Both the position numbers and the translations under genes were made by a program. A stretch of DNA of 64,000 nucleotides from NCBI GenBank assembly GCA_038087875.1, contig CM075992.1, positions 9,178,001 through 9,242,000 of the forward strand, in the 5' to 3' direction. The DNA is from Malacoraja senta (lineage: Eukaryota). The notes below the pieces were generated by a model, which ran no database searches, was not told where the DNA came from, and saw only the letters and a list, made by a program, of their open reading frames with translations. This document shows positions 51,577 through 61,056 of the stretch, in pieces. Every line of letters begins with the position of its first letter. Within the stretch, counting starts at the first letter, position 1.

Positions 51577-53283
51577 ATGGAGGACGAGACGGCGCCAGCA
51601 CCGGTGGAAGGTGAGGAGGAGACAACAGCACCTGACGAAGGGGCAGCTCCTGAGGAACCAGCAAAGGAGGACGCAGAACCAGAGGCAGAACCAGAGGCCG
51701 AACCAGAGGCCGAAGCAGAGGCCGAACCAGAGGCCGAACCAGAGGCAGAACCAGAGGCAGAACCAGAGGCAGAACCAGAGGCAGCACCAGAGGCAGAACC
51801 AGAGGCAGCACCAGAGGAAGAACCAGAGGAGGCTCCAGCAGAACCAGAGGCAGCACCGGAAGAAACAGCACGCGCAGAATCACCAAAAGATGAGGCAGCA
51901 GCTGTGGAATCACCGAAAGCGGCAACACCTACAGAATCACCAAAAGCGGTGGCAACTCCTCCGGGATCACCCAAGGCAGAATCACCGCAAAAGGAGGCCA
52001 CGCCTGCAGCGTCACCGAAAAAGGCCACGCCAGCAGAGTCACCGAAAAAGGAGGCCACGCCTGCAGAGTCACCGAAAAAGGTGGCCACACCTGCAGCGTC
52101 ACCTAAAGAGACAGGAACACGTGCAGAGTCACCGCAAGAACTAACACGTGCAGAGTCACCAAAAGAAGCAACGCGTGCAGAGACACCAGAGGAAGCGGCG
52201 GCGCGTGCTGAGTCACCAAAAGAGGCACCGACAGAAGAGGCAGCTCGTGCAGGGTCACCAAAAGAGGAGAAAGCGCCAGAGGAAGCAGCAAAAGAGGAGA
52301 AAGCGCCAGAGGAAACAGCAAAAGAGGAGAAAGCGCCAGAGGAAGCAGCAAAAGGGGAAGAGGAGCAAACTTGTCAAAAACCAGACAAGCCACCAGGAGA
52401 GAGCACTGAAGAGAAAGCAAAGGCAGCAGATGAGGCCAAAGAAGATAAAGCAGCAGCAGAAGGAGGCACCTGTGCCAAACCCAAACCGGAAGAGGGCACT
52501 GGTGAAAAAGGAGCCGCTGATGATAAAGCAGCAGCAGCAGCAGCAGCAGAAGGAGGCACCTGTGCCAAACCTAAACCAGAAGAGAGCACTGGTGAAAAAG
52601 GAGGCACAGATGATAAAGCAGCAGCAGCAGCAGCAGGAGGAGGAGGCACCTGTGCCAAACCTAAACCGGAAGAGAGCACCGGTGAAAAAGGAGGCAAAGA
52701 TGATAAAGCAGCAGCAGCAGCAGCAGGAGGCCCCTGCAGAAAATCTAAACCAGAAGAGAGCGCTGGTGAAAAACCAAAACCAGCAGAAGGTATCTGTGGA
52801 AAATCAGCAAAAGATAGCGCTGATACAAAATCAAAGGAGGCAGAAACAAAACAAACAGAAGAGAGTGACAAAGCAAAGCCAACAAAAGTATGCGTTCCTT
52901 GTGCTAAAGCAGCAGCAGCTGTGGGTCCTGGCTGTAAATTCAACCCACCAGTAGATAGCCCCTCCAACAATGCTGAGTTGGCACCAGTCAGCTCCTCTAC
53001 AAACAAAGATGTTACTCCTTGCACAAAACCAAAAGAGGCAGAACCCTGTGGCTGTAAATTCAAATCACCATTAGAAGCCACTAAAACCTCTGAAACATCA
53101 GTTCCAACCTCTGCAAGATCAAAATCGAGCAAATGCTGGGGAAGTGATCAGCGAACAGAGATCTGTGGTTGTGGAAGGCCAAAGCCAGCTGGAGCCAAAA
53201 CCTGTGGAAGTCCACCCAAAGTCATCTGTGGCTGTAAAGACCCCAAAACAGGAGGCAAAACCTCTGGGAAATCAAAGCAATAA
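51577..53283 (+). CDS. Uncharacterised 568-aa low-complexity protein (acidic EPEA repeats, SPK/TP repeats, Cys/Lys-rich C-terminus), single coding exon
   Basis: 1.7-kb stop-free ORF; GCAATGG Kozak; all repeat-length changes preserve frame; upstream acceptor CCCCTGTAG at 51449; AATAAA at 53990. Confidence 0.7.
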   Translation: MEDETAPAPVEGEEETTAPDEGAAPEEPAKEDAEPEAEPEAEPEAEAEAEPEAEPEAEPEAEPEAEPEAAPEAEPEAAPEEEPEEAPAEPEAAPEETARAESPKDEAAAVESPKAATPTESPKAVATPPGSPKAESPQKEATPAASPKKATPAESPKKEATPAESPKKVATPAASPKETGTRAESPQELTRAESPKEATRAETPEEAAARAESPKEAPTEEAARAGSPKEEKAPEEAAKEEKAPEETAKEEKAPEEAAKGEEEQTCQKPDKPPGESTEEKAKAADEAKEDKAAAEGGTCAKPKPEEGTGEKGAADDKAAAAAAAEGGTCAKPKPEESTGEKGGTDDKAAAAAAGGGGTCAKPKPEESTGEKGGKDDKAAAAAAGGPCRKSKPEESAGEKPKPAEGICGKSAKDSADTKSKEAETKQTEESDKAKPTKVCVPCAKAAAAVGPGCKFNPPVDSPSNNAELAPVSSSTNKDVTPCTKPKEAEPCGCKFKSPLEATKTSETSVPTSARSKSSKCWGSDQRTEICGCGRPKPAGAKTCGSPPKVICGCKDPKTGGKTSGKSKQ

Positions 53284-55309
53284 GCAGCAGGATTGTCTTC
53301 CCAATGAACTGGTAAAGTTGCAACCCAGCTTCTTTCTGACATAGACGTACAGCACAAAACAACCCCTAAAGGATGGATAACTGCTATGAAAAACCATTTT
53401 CGCAACATGGGGCTGAGCAGGGATTCTTCTCTTCATTTAACAACTGAGCTGAGAGTATGTGGCACTAATATTAAATCACAGAGATGTTCCTTTCCCCAAA
53501 CCTTGAAATAGAAATAACTTCTTACCAACTCACCAGAACCATAAGCCCACCAAAAATCAACAACAAATGTCCATTGATTAATGGAAGAAAGTCCTGAATG
53601 TTTTAATATTGAGTCTGTAGAAAACTGTGCAGTAAGTGGGGAGAGATGCACCTAAATACCTGAGCACCCGTGATATAGCCTGCATTAGGGTATCTACGGG
53701 AACAAGAGATGTGAGGTTAGGGTGGGCGTAGAATATCATAGATTCTGAAACAGTTACCAGTCCCAAAACCAGAACACACACACATCTTCCTTTACTGAAT
53801 TACACATGATTTCATCTTATCATTAACACAAACCTGCCTCAATACTTCAACAGTATCCACACTAAGAGAATCAATGTCACTGTTTTTATATAAATTCCTT
53901 TTTTTCCACCGAAAGCACTAAACCTGGCTCATATCTCAGATAACCATGGAAAGGAGATGTTAAACGCGAAGGGAAAAGGTAAACATAGGAATAAACAACT
54001 ATCCGTCCATTTTGAAACTTGCTTCATCTCACACACATCCCATTAATTAGTGAATTAATTTGCTTTCATTGCAATTTTAATACTCATCTGATGGAACTGT
54101 GAACTTTCTCCCCTATTCGAGCATTGCAATGTCAGCACCAAGTACTCTCTGGTCAGACATGGTGCACGTGAGCAAAGTAATAGAAAATCTAGAAACAGAA
54201 GTAGGCCAATAAACCAATTGCATTAAGTTCAGCAACTCAATGCAATCCTATTTCATCTGAATCCTCACATCATCTACCTGCACTGGTTCCATATGCATTA
54301 GTATCCTTACAGATTAAGACTTCTTCAGCAACTGCGTTAATCTCAACCTTCCCATCATGTGTGACATTTAATTCTATTGACAGCATCATTATGATTGGAA
54401 AGTCTAGAATGCATCCAGTTCAGGCAGAGGGCTGCCAGATGTAAAGTAAAGCTCCTTTTCTCTGCATCAAATCTACTCAAAATTGTTTCAAATTAAGAAC
54501 ACTCAACCCATTCTCATTGAATACCATTGTCTCGTTTTTACAACTCGATACTTAAATTAGGCTCATTGGCACAATCTCAAAAAATCCTTGTCAAAAAAAC
54601 ATGTCATTTTTCATTTCTTACTGCCATTTTTCTTGGACAGAAACCTTAGACAAACATACATGAACATTGTTAGCACATTTGCAAAGTAAGCAACAGCAAA
54701 ATCAGTTTGGTCGAGCATAAGACTAGAACATAAGACTTCAGTTCCTTCTGGGCACTGTTCCCCATCTCTTAAAGATGTCAGAAACAAGACCATTGTTGCT
54801 AACTGTGATTATGTTTGAAGAGTACCACCGCTGATCATGGTGCATGATAACAACTTCATGGCAAGTAATCATTCAAAACACAGCCTTGAATACGATAGCA
54901 ATAAAGAAATGAGTTTTGGCTCGGACTCTGTGTGTCTTGCTGTACTTTTTTTTAAGGGACTTTTGTCAACTGCTGTAATCAACAAAGCAAGTACAGGTAA
55001 TAAACAACACTATTAAATTAGTTAAGCTTAAGTTAAACCACTGTGGTCAAAAGAACACAAGAAACAGTAGGCCAATCAATCCATCAAGCCTACTTCACCA
55101 TCATTAAGATCATGGGTGATTCAAATCACATTTCCTGCTCTCTTCCCATTCCCCTCACACTCCTCTTTTAACCACATGTCTATTAGATTATACCAGGAGC
55201 CCTCAGCAAGTCTCGCGACTAAAACACACAGGATATTCTCACAAATGTCATTTCCTGTGTCAAAAATTAAGATATGATCAATGAAAGGAAAGAAAACAAC
55301 TTGATTTAC

Positions 55310-55780
55310 TGTTTAGTTTATTGTCAAATGTACCGAGGTACAGTGAAAAGCTTTTGTTGCGTGCTAACCAGTCAGTGGAGAGACAATACATGATTACAAT
55401 CGAGCCATTTACAGTGTATAGATACATGATAAGGGAATAACGCTTAGTGCAAAGTAAAGCCAGCTAACTCCAATCAAGGATAGTCCGTGGTTACCAACGA
55501 GGTAGATAGTAGTTCAGGACTGCTCTGTGGTTGTGGTAGGATGATTCAGTTGCCTGATAACAGCTGGGAAGAAACTCACTGAATTTGGAGGTGTGCGTTT
55601 TCACACTTCTCTCCCTTTTGCCTGATGGGAGAGGGGAGAAGAGGGAGTGGCCAGGGTGCAACTCGTCCTTAATTATGCTACTGGCCTTGTCGAGGCAGCG
55701 TGAGGTATGAATAGAGTCAATGGAAGGAGTTTGGTTTGTGTGATGGTCTGGGCTACATCCACAATTCGCTGCAATTTCTT
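55310..55780 (-). mobile_element. Rex/Babar-type LINE 3' fragment
   Basis: PSIDSIHTSRCLDKASSIIKDELHPGHSLFSPLPSGKR in ORF 55491-55904, plus 3' UTR. Confidence 0.75.
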
Positions 55781-57431
55781 GACAAAAAAATGTCCCTTTA
55801 TGGTAAGTCATAAGAACAGGACAAGTGAAAACAGATTCAAATAGTGAAAGAAGATTTAAGGGAAAAAGCGAGAAGAAATTCTTCACACATAGTGGACCCA
55901 ACACAGAGAATATACTTCTGAGTTGCGCACGGGAGCCAGAAACCAGAGAGACATAAATGGCAGTGTGTATGGCAGGCGGTTACAGGAACTGCAGACCTTT
56001 GCTATGTCGATAAGTCATGAAGGCTGATTTTTCTCTCTTCCTAATCTTGTACTCAGTAAGTCAATGGCCGAGGAAATTGAACATTTTACCTGTTTATCAA
56101 GAATTCCAATATGATAGTGCAACATTGTTATAACTTTTCATTACTATTTTCTTCATGCCTAATCTTTGGTATTTTAACATGTCAGGTGCTACATCCAGCA
56201 TGCATAACTTTGGTCAGGTGCTCTGACTATTTGAATTGAGTTTAGTTTATTGTCACGTGTACCAAGGTACAGTGAAGAGCATTTGTTGTATGCTAACCGG
56301 TCAGCGGAAAGGCAATACATGATTACAATCGATCCATCCTCATTATACAGATACACGAGTAGAGATTTAAAAGAGTGGAGCGATTGTAATAAGTGATTAC
56401 AGATAATTCCTTAGATATACTCAATTATCACCATGATGTAGAAACACAGGAAAAAAGTTCTGGAGCTAAGAGATGTAATTTCTTCTTGGGAAAGAGAAAT
56501 GTAGAGACAATTTAATCATAGGCTCTTAAAATTATGTTTGGGTTGTGCAGCATGGATAGGAAAAGAATGCCATGGAATGTGTTGTGTATTTGGATGCTTG
56601 GAACAGACTTTAATAAGGCTTGGACACGGGAGTAAACTAACAAGCTTCTTTATTCCAGGACGCCACCTTGAGACTCCCCCGCGCATGCGTACTTGCACCA
56701 CATCACAAGACATCACATATACTAATTACATATGCTAATTATATCACATACCTAACACTCCTCCCCCTTTAACTTGGAGGCAGGTAATACCATTTCTATT
56801 ACATACCTAACACTCCTCCCCCTTTAACTTGGAGGCAGGTAACACCATTTCTATTACACCGCACTCCACTTTTAACTCAATTTCACCTGCATGGTATATG
56901 CTCTTTATCTACATATCATTGATAATACACTGTTGCACATTGGTATTATTACTTAAACCAAATACATTACACCATGCTTTATGTGTTATCATTTTCTGGT
57001 TCATGTATTTGCTTTGTTTTCCTCTTTGTAGGTGGGATCTGACCCATGGCTGCAAGTTTTCGTTTTCTAGCAGCTTCCTCTGTTCAATTTCCATTCTCTG
57101 CTTATTTATCTGCTCTTGTTGTTTCATGAGATTCTGCAATGCATACCATTTGTCCATTGCTCAGTGAAGGAGGCTCCATGCTGGACTATAGTGAAGTGTC
57201 CTAATCGCAATCGGTCCTGCATACTTTTGTCTTGACCGACAAGCCTCTCTTCTTTAGACTTTTCTATTAGCAGCTTTCTACTCATTGTCACACATTTGTC
57301 TAACCTTTCTTTGTATCATTTAAGCCTTTTCTGTTGTTCATCTATTTGTCTTCTTAAGTCACCTTTCTGGTCTTCATCAAGAAGTAGGATCTATATTGTC
57401 TTTGCAATACAATACTGGCTTTGATTTGTGC

Positions 57432-58660
57432 TCAGTTTAGTTTTCTTGCTTCATAAGGAAGGTAGTGAGAGTGCACTACAATTGTTGTATAATTCAGTTT
57501 GAGGAAGTCTTTCCTATATCGTTTAAGCCTTTGGTATCGTTTCAGCCTTTTCTGTTGTTCATTTATTGGTCCACTTAAGTCACATCTCTGGTTCTTCATC
57601 ACGAAGTAAGATCTATATTGTCTTTGCAATACAACAGTGGCTTTGATTTGTGCTCTGTATAGTTTTCTTGTTTTATAAGCACGGTAGTGAGATTGCACTA
57701 CAACTGCTGTATAATTCAGTTTGAGGAAGTCTTTCCTATATCGTTTAAGCCTTTTGTATCGTTTCAGCCTTTTCTGTTGTGCCTCTATTTGTCTTCTTAA
57801 GTCTTTCCTATACCAACTCATACGGAGTACTGACTGAACTTTTACAGTAGCTCTCTTTTGCTTAACCCACTGCCTAATCACCATACTCTTGTAGGCAGCC
57901 TGAATGGTAATAGTTGCATCCCTCATTGACTGATATTGCACAAACTGGGAACGCCCTATTTTGCATGCTTTGTACCATCTCTGGATCGAAATGACTGCTT
58001 GTTGCATAGCTCTGTAACGTACCCTTAATCGGTAACCACGGTATGCAGCTTGCAGAATGACTACAGCCACCTTTTGCATCAAGAAATGCTTTCTTGTAAT
58101 GCACATCCTTATGAATGACTTAATATGGCGTGCTGCCTTGATTTTCTCAAACAATACTCTGGTTTTGATCCCGCGGTATAACGCCTGAATACAAACCACT
58201 GCTTTTCTCAAACTATTATAATGTCTCACTTGGACATTTCTTATCTGGCATGCTCTGTATCGTTGCTGTACCGCAATGGCAGACCAGCGTAGTTTCTTGA
58301 AATACTGACGCTGTTTATGCATCTGATAATAAGTCTGTATGACCTTGGCAGATTTGTGCATGCACCGCAATTGCTTTCGAACAAGCATTCCTCGGTAGGC
58401 AGCCTGAAGCAGCACAACGCTGCTGCGTACCTTCATGTAAGTTTTGCGATCACTTTCCATTTGAAGGTGTGCCCTATAATGGGTTTGTACTATTATAGCT
58501 GCCAATCTCATTGCCTTGTATTGACAGTATACTCTGTGCATTCTAAATGCTGCTTGTATTACCATTGCTGCCTTCTGTTTGTTCCGGATCTCTCTCCATA
58601 GCTTCATACCCCTGAATTCAGCTTGAATAGCTAGGGTTGCCCTCTGGATGGCAATGTCCC
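57432..58660 (-). CDS. ASPM: IQ-repeat block derived from abnormal spindle-like microcephaly-associated protein, inside the LTR element
   Basis: About 14 IQ motifs (IQAEFRG, IQAAFRM, VQTHYRA, LQAAYRG, IQTYYQM, VQQRYRA, IQALYRG...) with 23-23-27 residue spacing, the higher-order repeat typical of ASPM; a fragment, not the ASPM locus. Confidence 0.85.
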
Positions 58661-59232
58661 TTTGCATTTGACTTCTGTCCTTTTGCACTTGACCTTTGTC
58701 TCTTTGCACTTGACCTTTTTTCTTTTGCACTTGACCTTTGCACTTGACCTTTGTCCCTTTGCACTTGATATTTGTCCTTTTGCACTTGACCTTTGTCCTT
58801 TTGTACTTGACTTTTGTCCTTTTGCACTTGACCTTTGTCCTTTTGCACTTGACCTTTGTCCTTTTGCACTTGACCTTTGTCCTTTTGCACTTGACTTTTG
58901 TCACTTTGCACTTGACTTTTGTCCTTTGAGGTACTACCTGCACTCTTTAGTTCAGGCTCCTTGCCTCTGGATGCCCTTGGAGGTTTTGGTGAGAAATGAG
59001 CCATTAATGCCTCCTTACACTCCTTGTACATTTTATCCGTGGGCTTTGCTGGCCGCAGCAACATATGTAAGGTGTGATAATCGTCTCTTCCTAAGACTAA
59101 TATGAACCATGCTCTCTTCTTCTCCTCTGCAGTGATATCAATGGAAATGAACGAAACCAAGACTTCAGTCCATTTCTCAAAATTGCACCCAGAATCTAAC
59201 TGGGGCAACTTTCCTACCATTTGAATAGCCAT
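58618..59232 (-). CDS. Gypsy/Mag-type Gag N-terminal domain followed by repeat linker
   Basis: AGCATGG start; MAIQMVGKLPQLD...WTEVL...EEKKRAWFILVLGRDDYHTLHMLLRPAKPTDKMYKECKEALMAHFSPKP follows the typical Mag-clade Gag N-terminal pattern. Confidence 0.75.
   Translation of the reverse strand: MAIQMVGKLPQLDSGCNFEKWTEVLVSFISIDITAEEKKRAWFILVLGRDDYHTLHMLLRPAKPTDKMYKECKEALMAHFSPKPPRASRGKEPELKSAGSTSKDKSQVQSDKSQVQKDKGQVQKDKGQVQKDKGQVQKDKSQVQKDKGQVQKDKYQVQRDKGQVQRSSAKEKRSSAKRQRSSAKGQKSNAKGHCHPEGNPSYSS
58670..58928 (-). repeat. 21-nt tandem repeat (CAAAGGTCAAGTGCAAAAGGA)n encoding (KDKGQVQ)n
   Basis: About 12 units; one unit near 58725-58750 is only 13 nt long. Confidence 0.9.
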
Positions 59233-61056
59233 GCTACCTGTTGCTATTCAGGTGCACTATATTCTGTTCTCTCACTGTGTGAAAAAACCAACTGCGGCAA
59301 TCTCCTGTACAGACAAAACACTGATTACCCCAAGATGAGAAAACACAAATCTCCTGTACAGACAAAACACTGACTTCTCCAGGATAAGAAAATACAGTTC
59401 TGTATTAATTAGCTTTAGAAAAAAATCACTGTCTATTACTTAATCTTATAATAGATTTATACTAATAACCCACATTTCATGTTAATAGCCCAACTAGAAC
59501 ATTTTAAACCATATTCCTTCAGAATGCATTACAGGGCTTTTATTGCGACGGATTTCACCGGTCCAGCTTTTATTCTGATGGATTTCACCGCTCCAGCTTG
59601 TCGGCCTGTGAACTCTGGTGCATCCTCGACCTCTCGAGCTGTCCCCACCGGTACCTTTGCTGCTGCTTTTGCTGGCTCTCCTCGGGCCTCACCGTTACTT
59701 TTAAACTCTGTCTCGGATTCTCCGGACCTCCGATGTTGCTGCTGGCTCAGCCGTTGCTGTTGCCTCCGCTGGCTCGCTGCCAAGTCGACTCCCGCTGCCC
59801 CGCTGACTTGCCTGCTGTCTCCCGTGGACATCCTGTGGAAGGTAAGTTGCTGCTGCCGGTCCCCGCTGCTCCAAGCGTTGGGACTGTGCCCCGCCGTCGG
59901 GGGCTGGCTACGCCCTGTGCCCCGCTTCTCTCTCTCGTGGTCGGCTTTCTCCACTCTCGGCCTTCTCCCACGACCGGGGTTTCTCCACTCTCGGCCGTCT
60001 CCCGCGACCGGGCTTTCTCCACTCTCGACCTTCTCCCGCGACCGGGCTTTCTCCGCTTTCTTCCCCGACCGGGCTGAATCTGCTCCCGACCGGGCTGAAG
60101 TGCTTGAGTGCTGTGTCCTGCTTCTCTTGCGCGGACCCACTCTTCGCTTGGGGCCGGACTTCCTCTCACGTCCGGGCTTTCCCCGCTCTCGACCGTCTCT
60201 TGCGACCGGGCTTTCTCGGCTTCTCTCGCGGGCCTGTCCGCTTTTCCACTCACGGTCGGGCTGACTCTGCTCCCGACCGGGCTTTCTCTGCTTTCTCCCC
60301 CGGGCTGACTGTTCCCGGCCGGGCTGAAGACTCAGCTTCTGTCGGTGGCTTCTCTGGACCTGTCCGTGGCCTTCACGGTACGAGGCCTTCATCCGACGTC
60401 TGTGGCTGCTGCTTGGGCCTGGCTGTGGGCTGCACAGCCCTGGATACATTCCAGGTAAGTTGACACCGTCGCTCCTAGCTTCCAGCTGTGCTCGGTGACC
60501 CTTACTGCCTTGCTTGTCTTCACTGCACTCTTCCCGTTCCGACCTTTTTTTTCTTTTTAGCGCCAATTCAAAACCATTTGCCGCCAAATCTTTTTGCTTG
60601 GTGCTGTTCCACTTTGTTTTCAAATACAACCTCTATTTTTAACTTGTTTTCATTTTTCTTGGCTGTCCTTGTTCTTATCTTCTTCGTTCTTTTATCCTCG
60701 TCGCCAATTGTTGTGTATTTGGATGCTTGGAACAGACTTTAATAAGGCTCGGACACGGGAGTAAACTAACAAGCTTCTTTATTCCAGGACGCCACCTTGA
60801 GACTCCCCCGCACATGCGTACTTGCACCACATCACAAGACATCACATATACTAATTACATATGCTAATTATATCACATACCTAACAGAATGTGTGAAGGT
60901 CCAAAACTCGTATCCTTAAGTACAAGATGGTTAATTGTCATGTAGAACATTAGGCAGCAATGTGTATACTCAAAGTGGTGAGAATAAGGAACTTGTTACC
61001 TAATAAATTGGTTGAGCCAAAAACGTAGATCTTTTCATTATAAAATTATCAAATAC

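Larger units (their letters stand above)
56580..60886 (-). mobile_element. Non-autonomous Gypsy (Mag-like) LTR retrotransposon with captured ASPM-like cargo
   Basis: 178-bp LTRs at 56580-56757 and 60709-60886 (TG...CA, 2 mismatches); TSD GAATG at 56575-56579 and 60887-60891; PBS TGGCGACGAGGAT (60706-60694); PPT TTAAAGGGGGAGGAG (56772-56758); Gag N-terminus; no recognisable PR/RT/RH/IN ORF. Confidence 0.92.

Noticed and set aside
51515..53132. Antisense and alternative-frame ORFs over the orphan gene
   Set aside because: Shadows of the repetitive plus-strand ORF
51577..53283. Calling the orphan ORF neurofilament heavy chain or RP1L1
   Set aside because: Only compositional similarity; no intermediate-filament rod or doublecortin domain
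57432..58660. Treating the IQ block as the genuine ASPM locus
   Set aside because: It is bounded by LTRs with a TSD, joined to Gag and internally rearranged, and no other ASPM exons (ASH, CH domains) were recognised
59479..60629. 366-aa and 261-aa ORFs in the LTR leader as protein-coding genes
   Set aside because: Low-complexity GC-rich repeats open on both strands; the 366-aa frame starts at TTG and neither shows a recognisable domain
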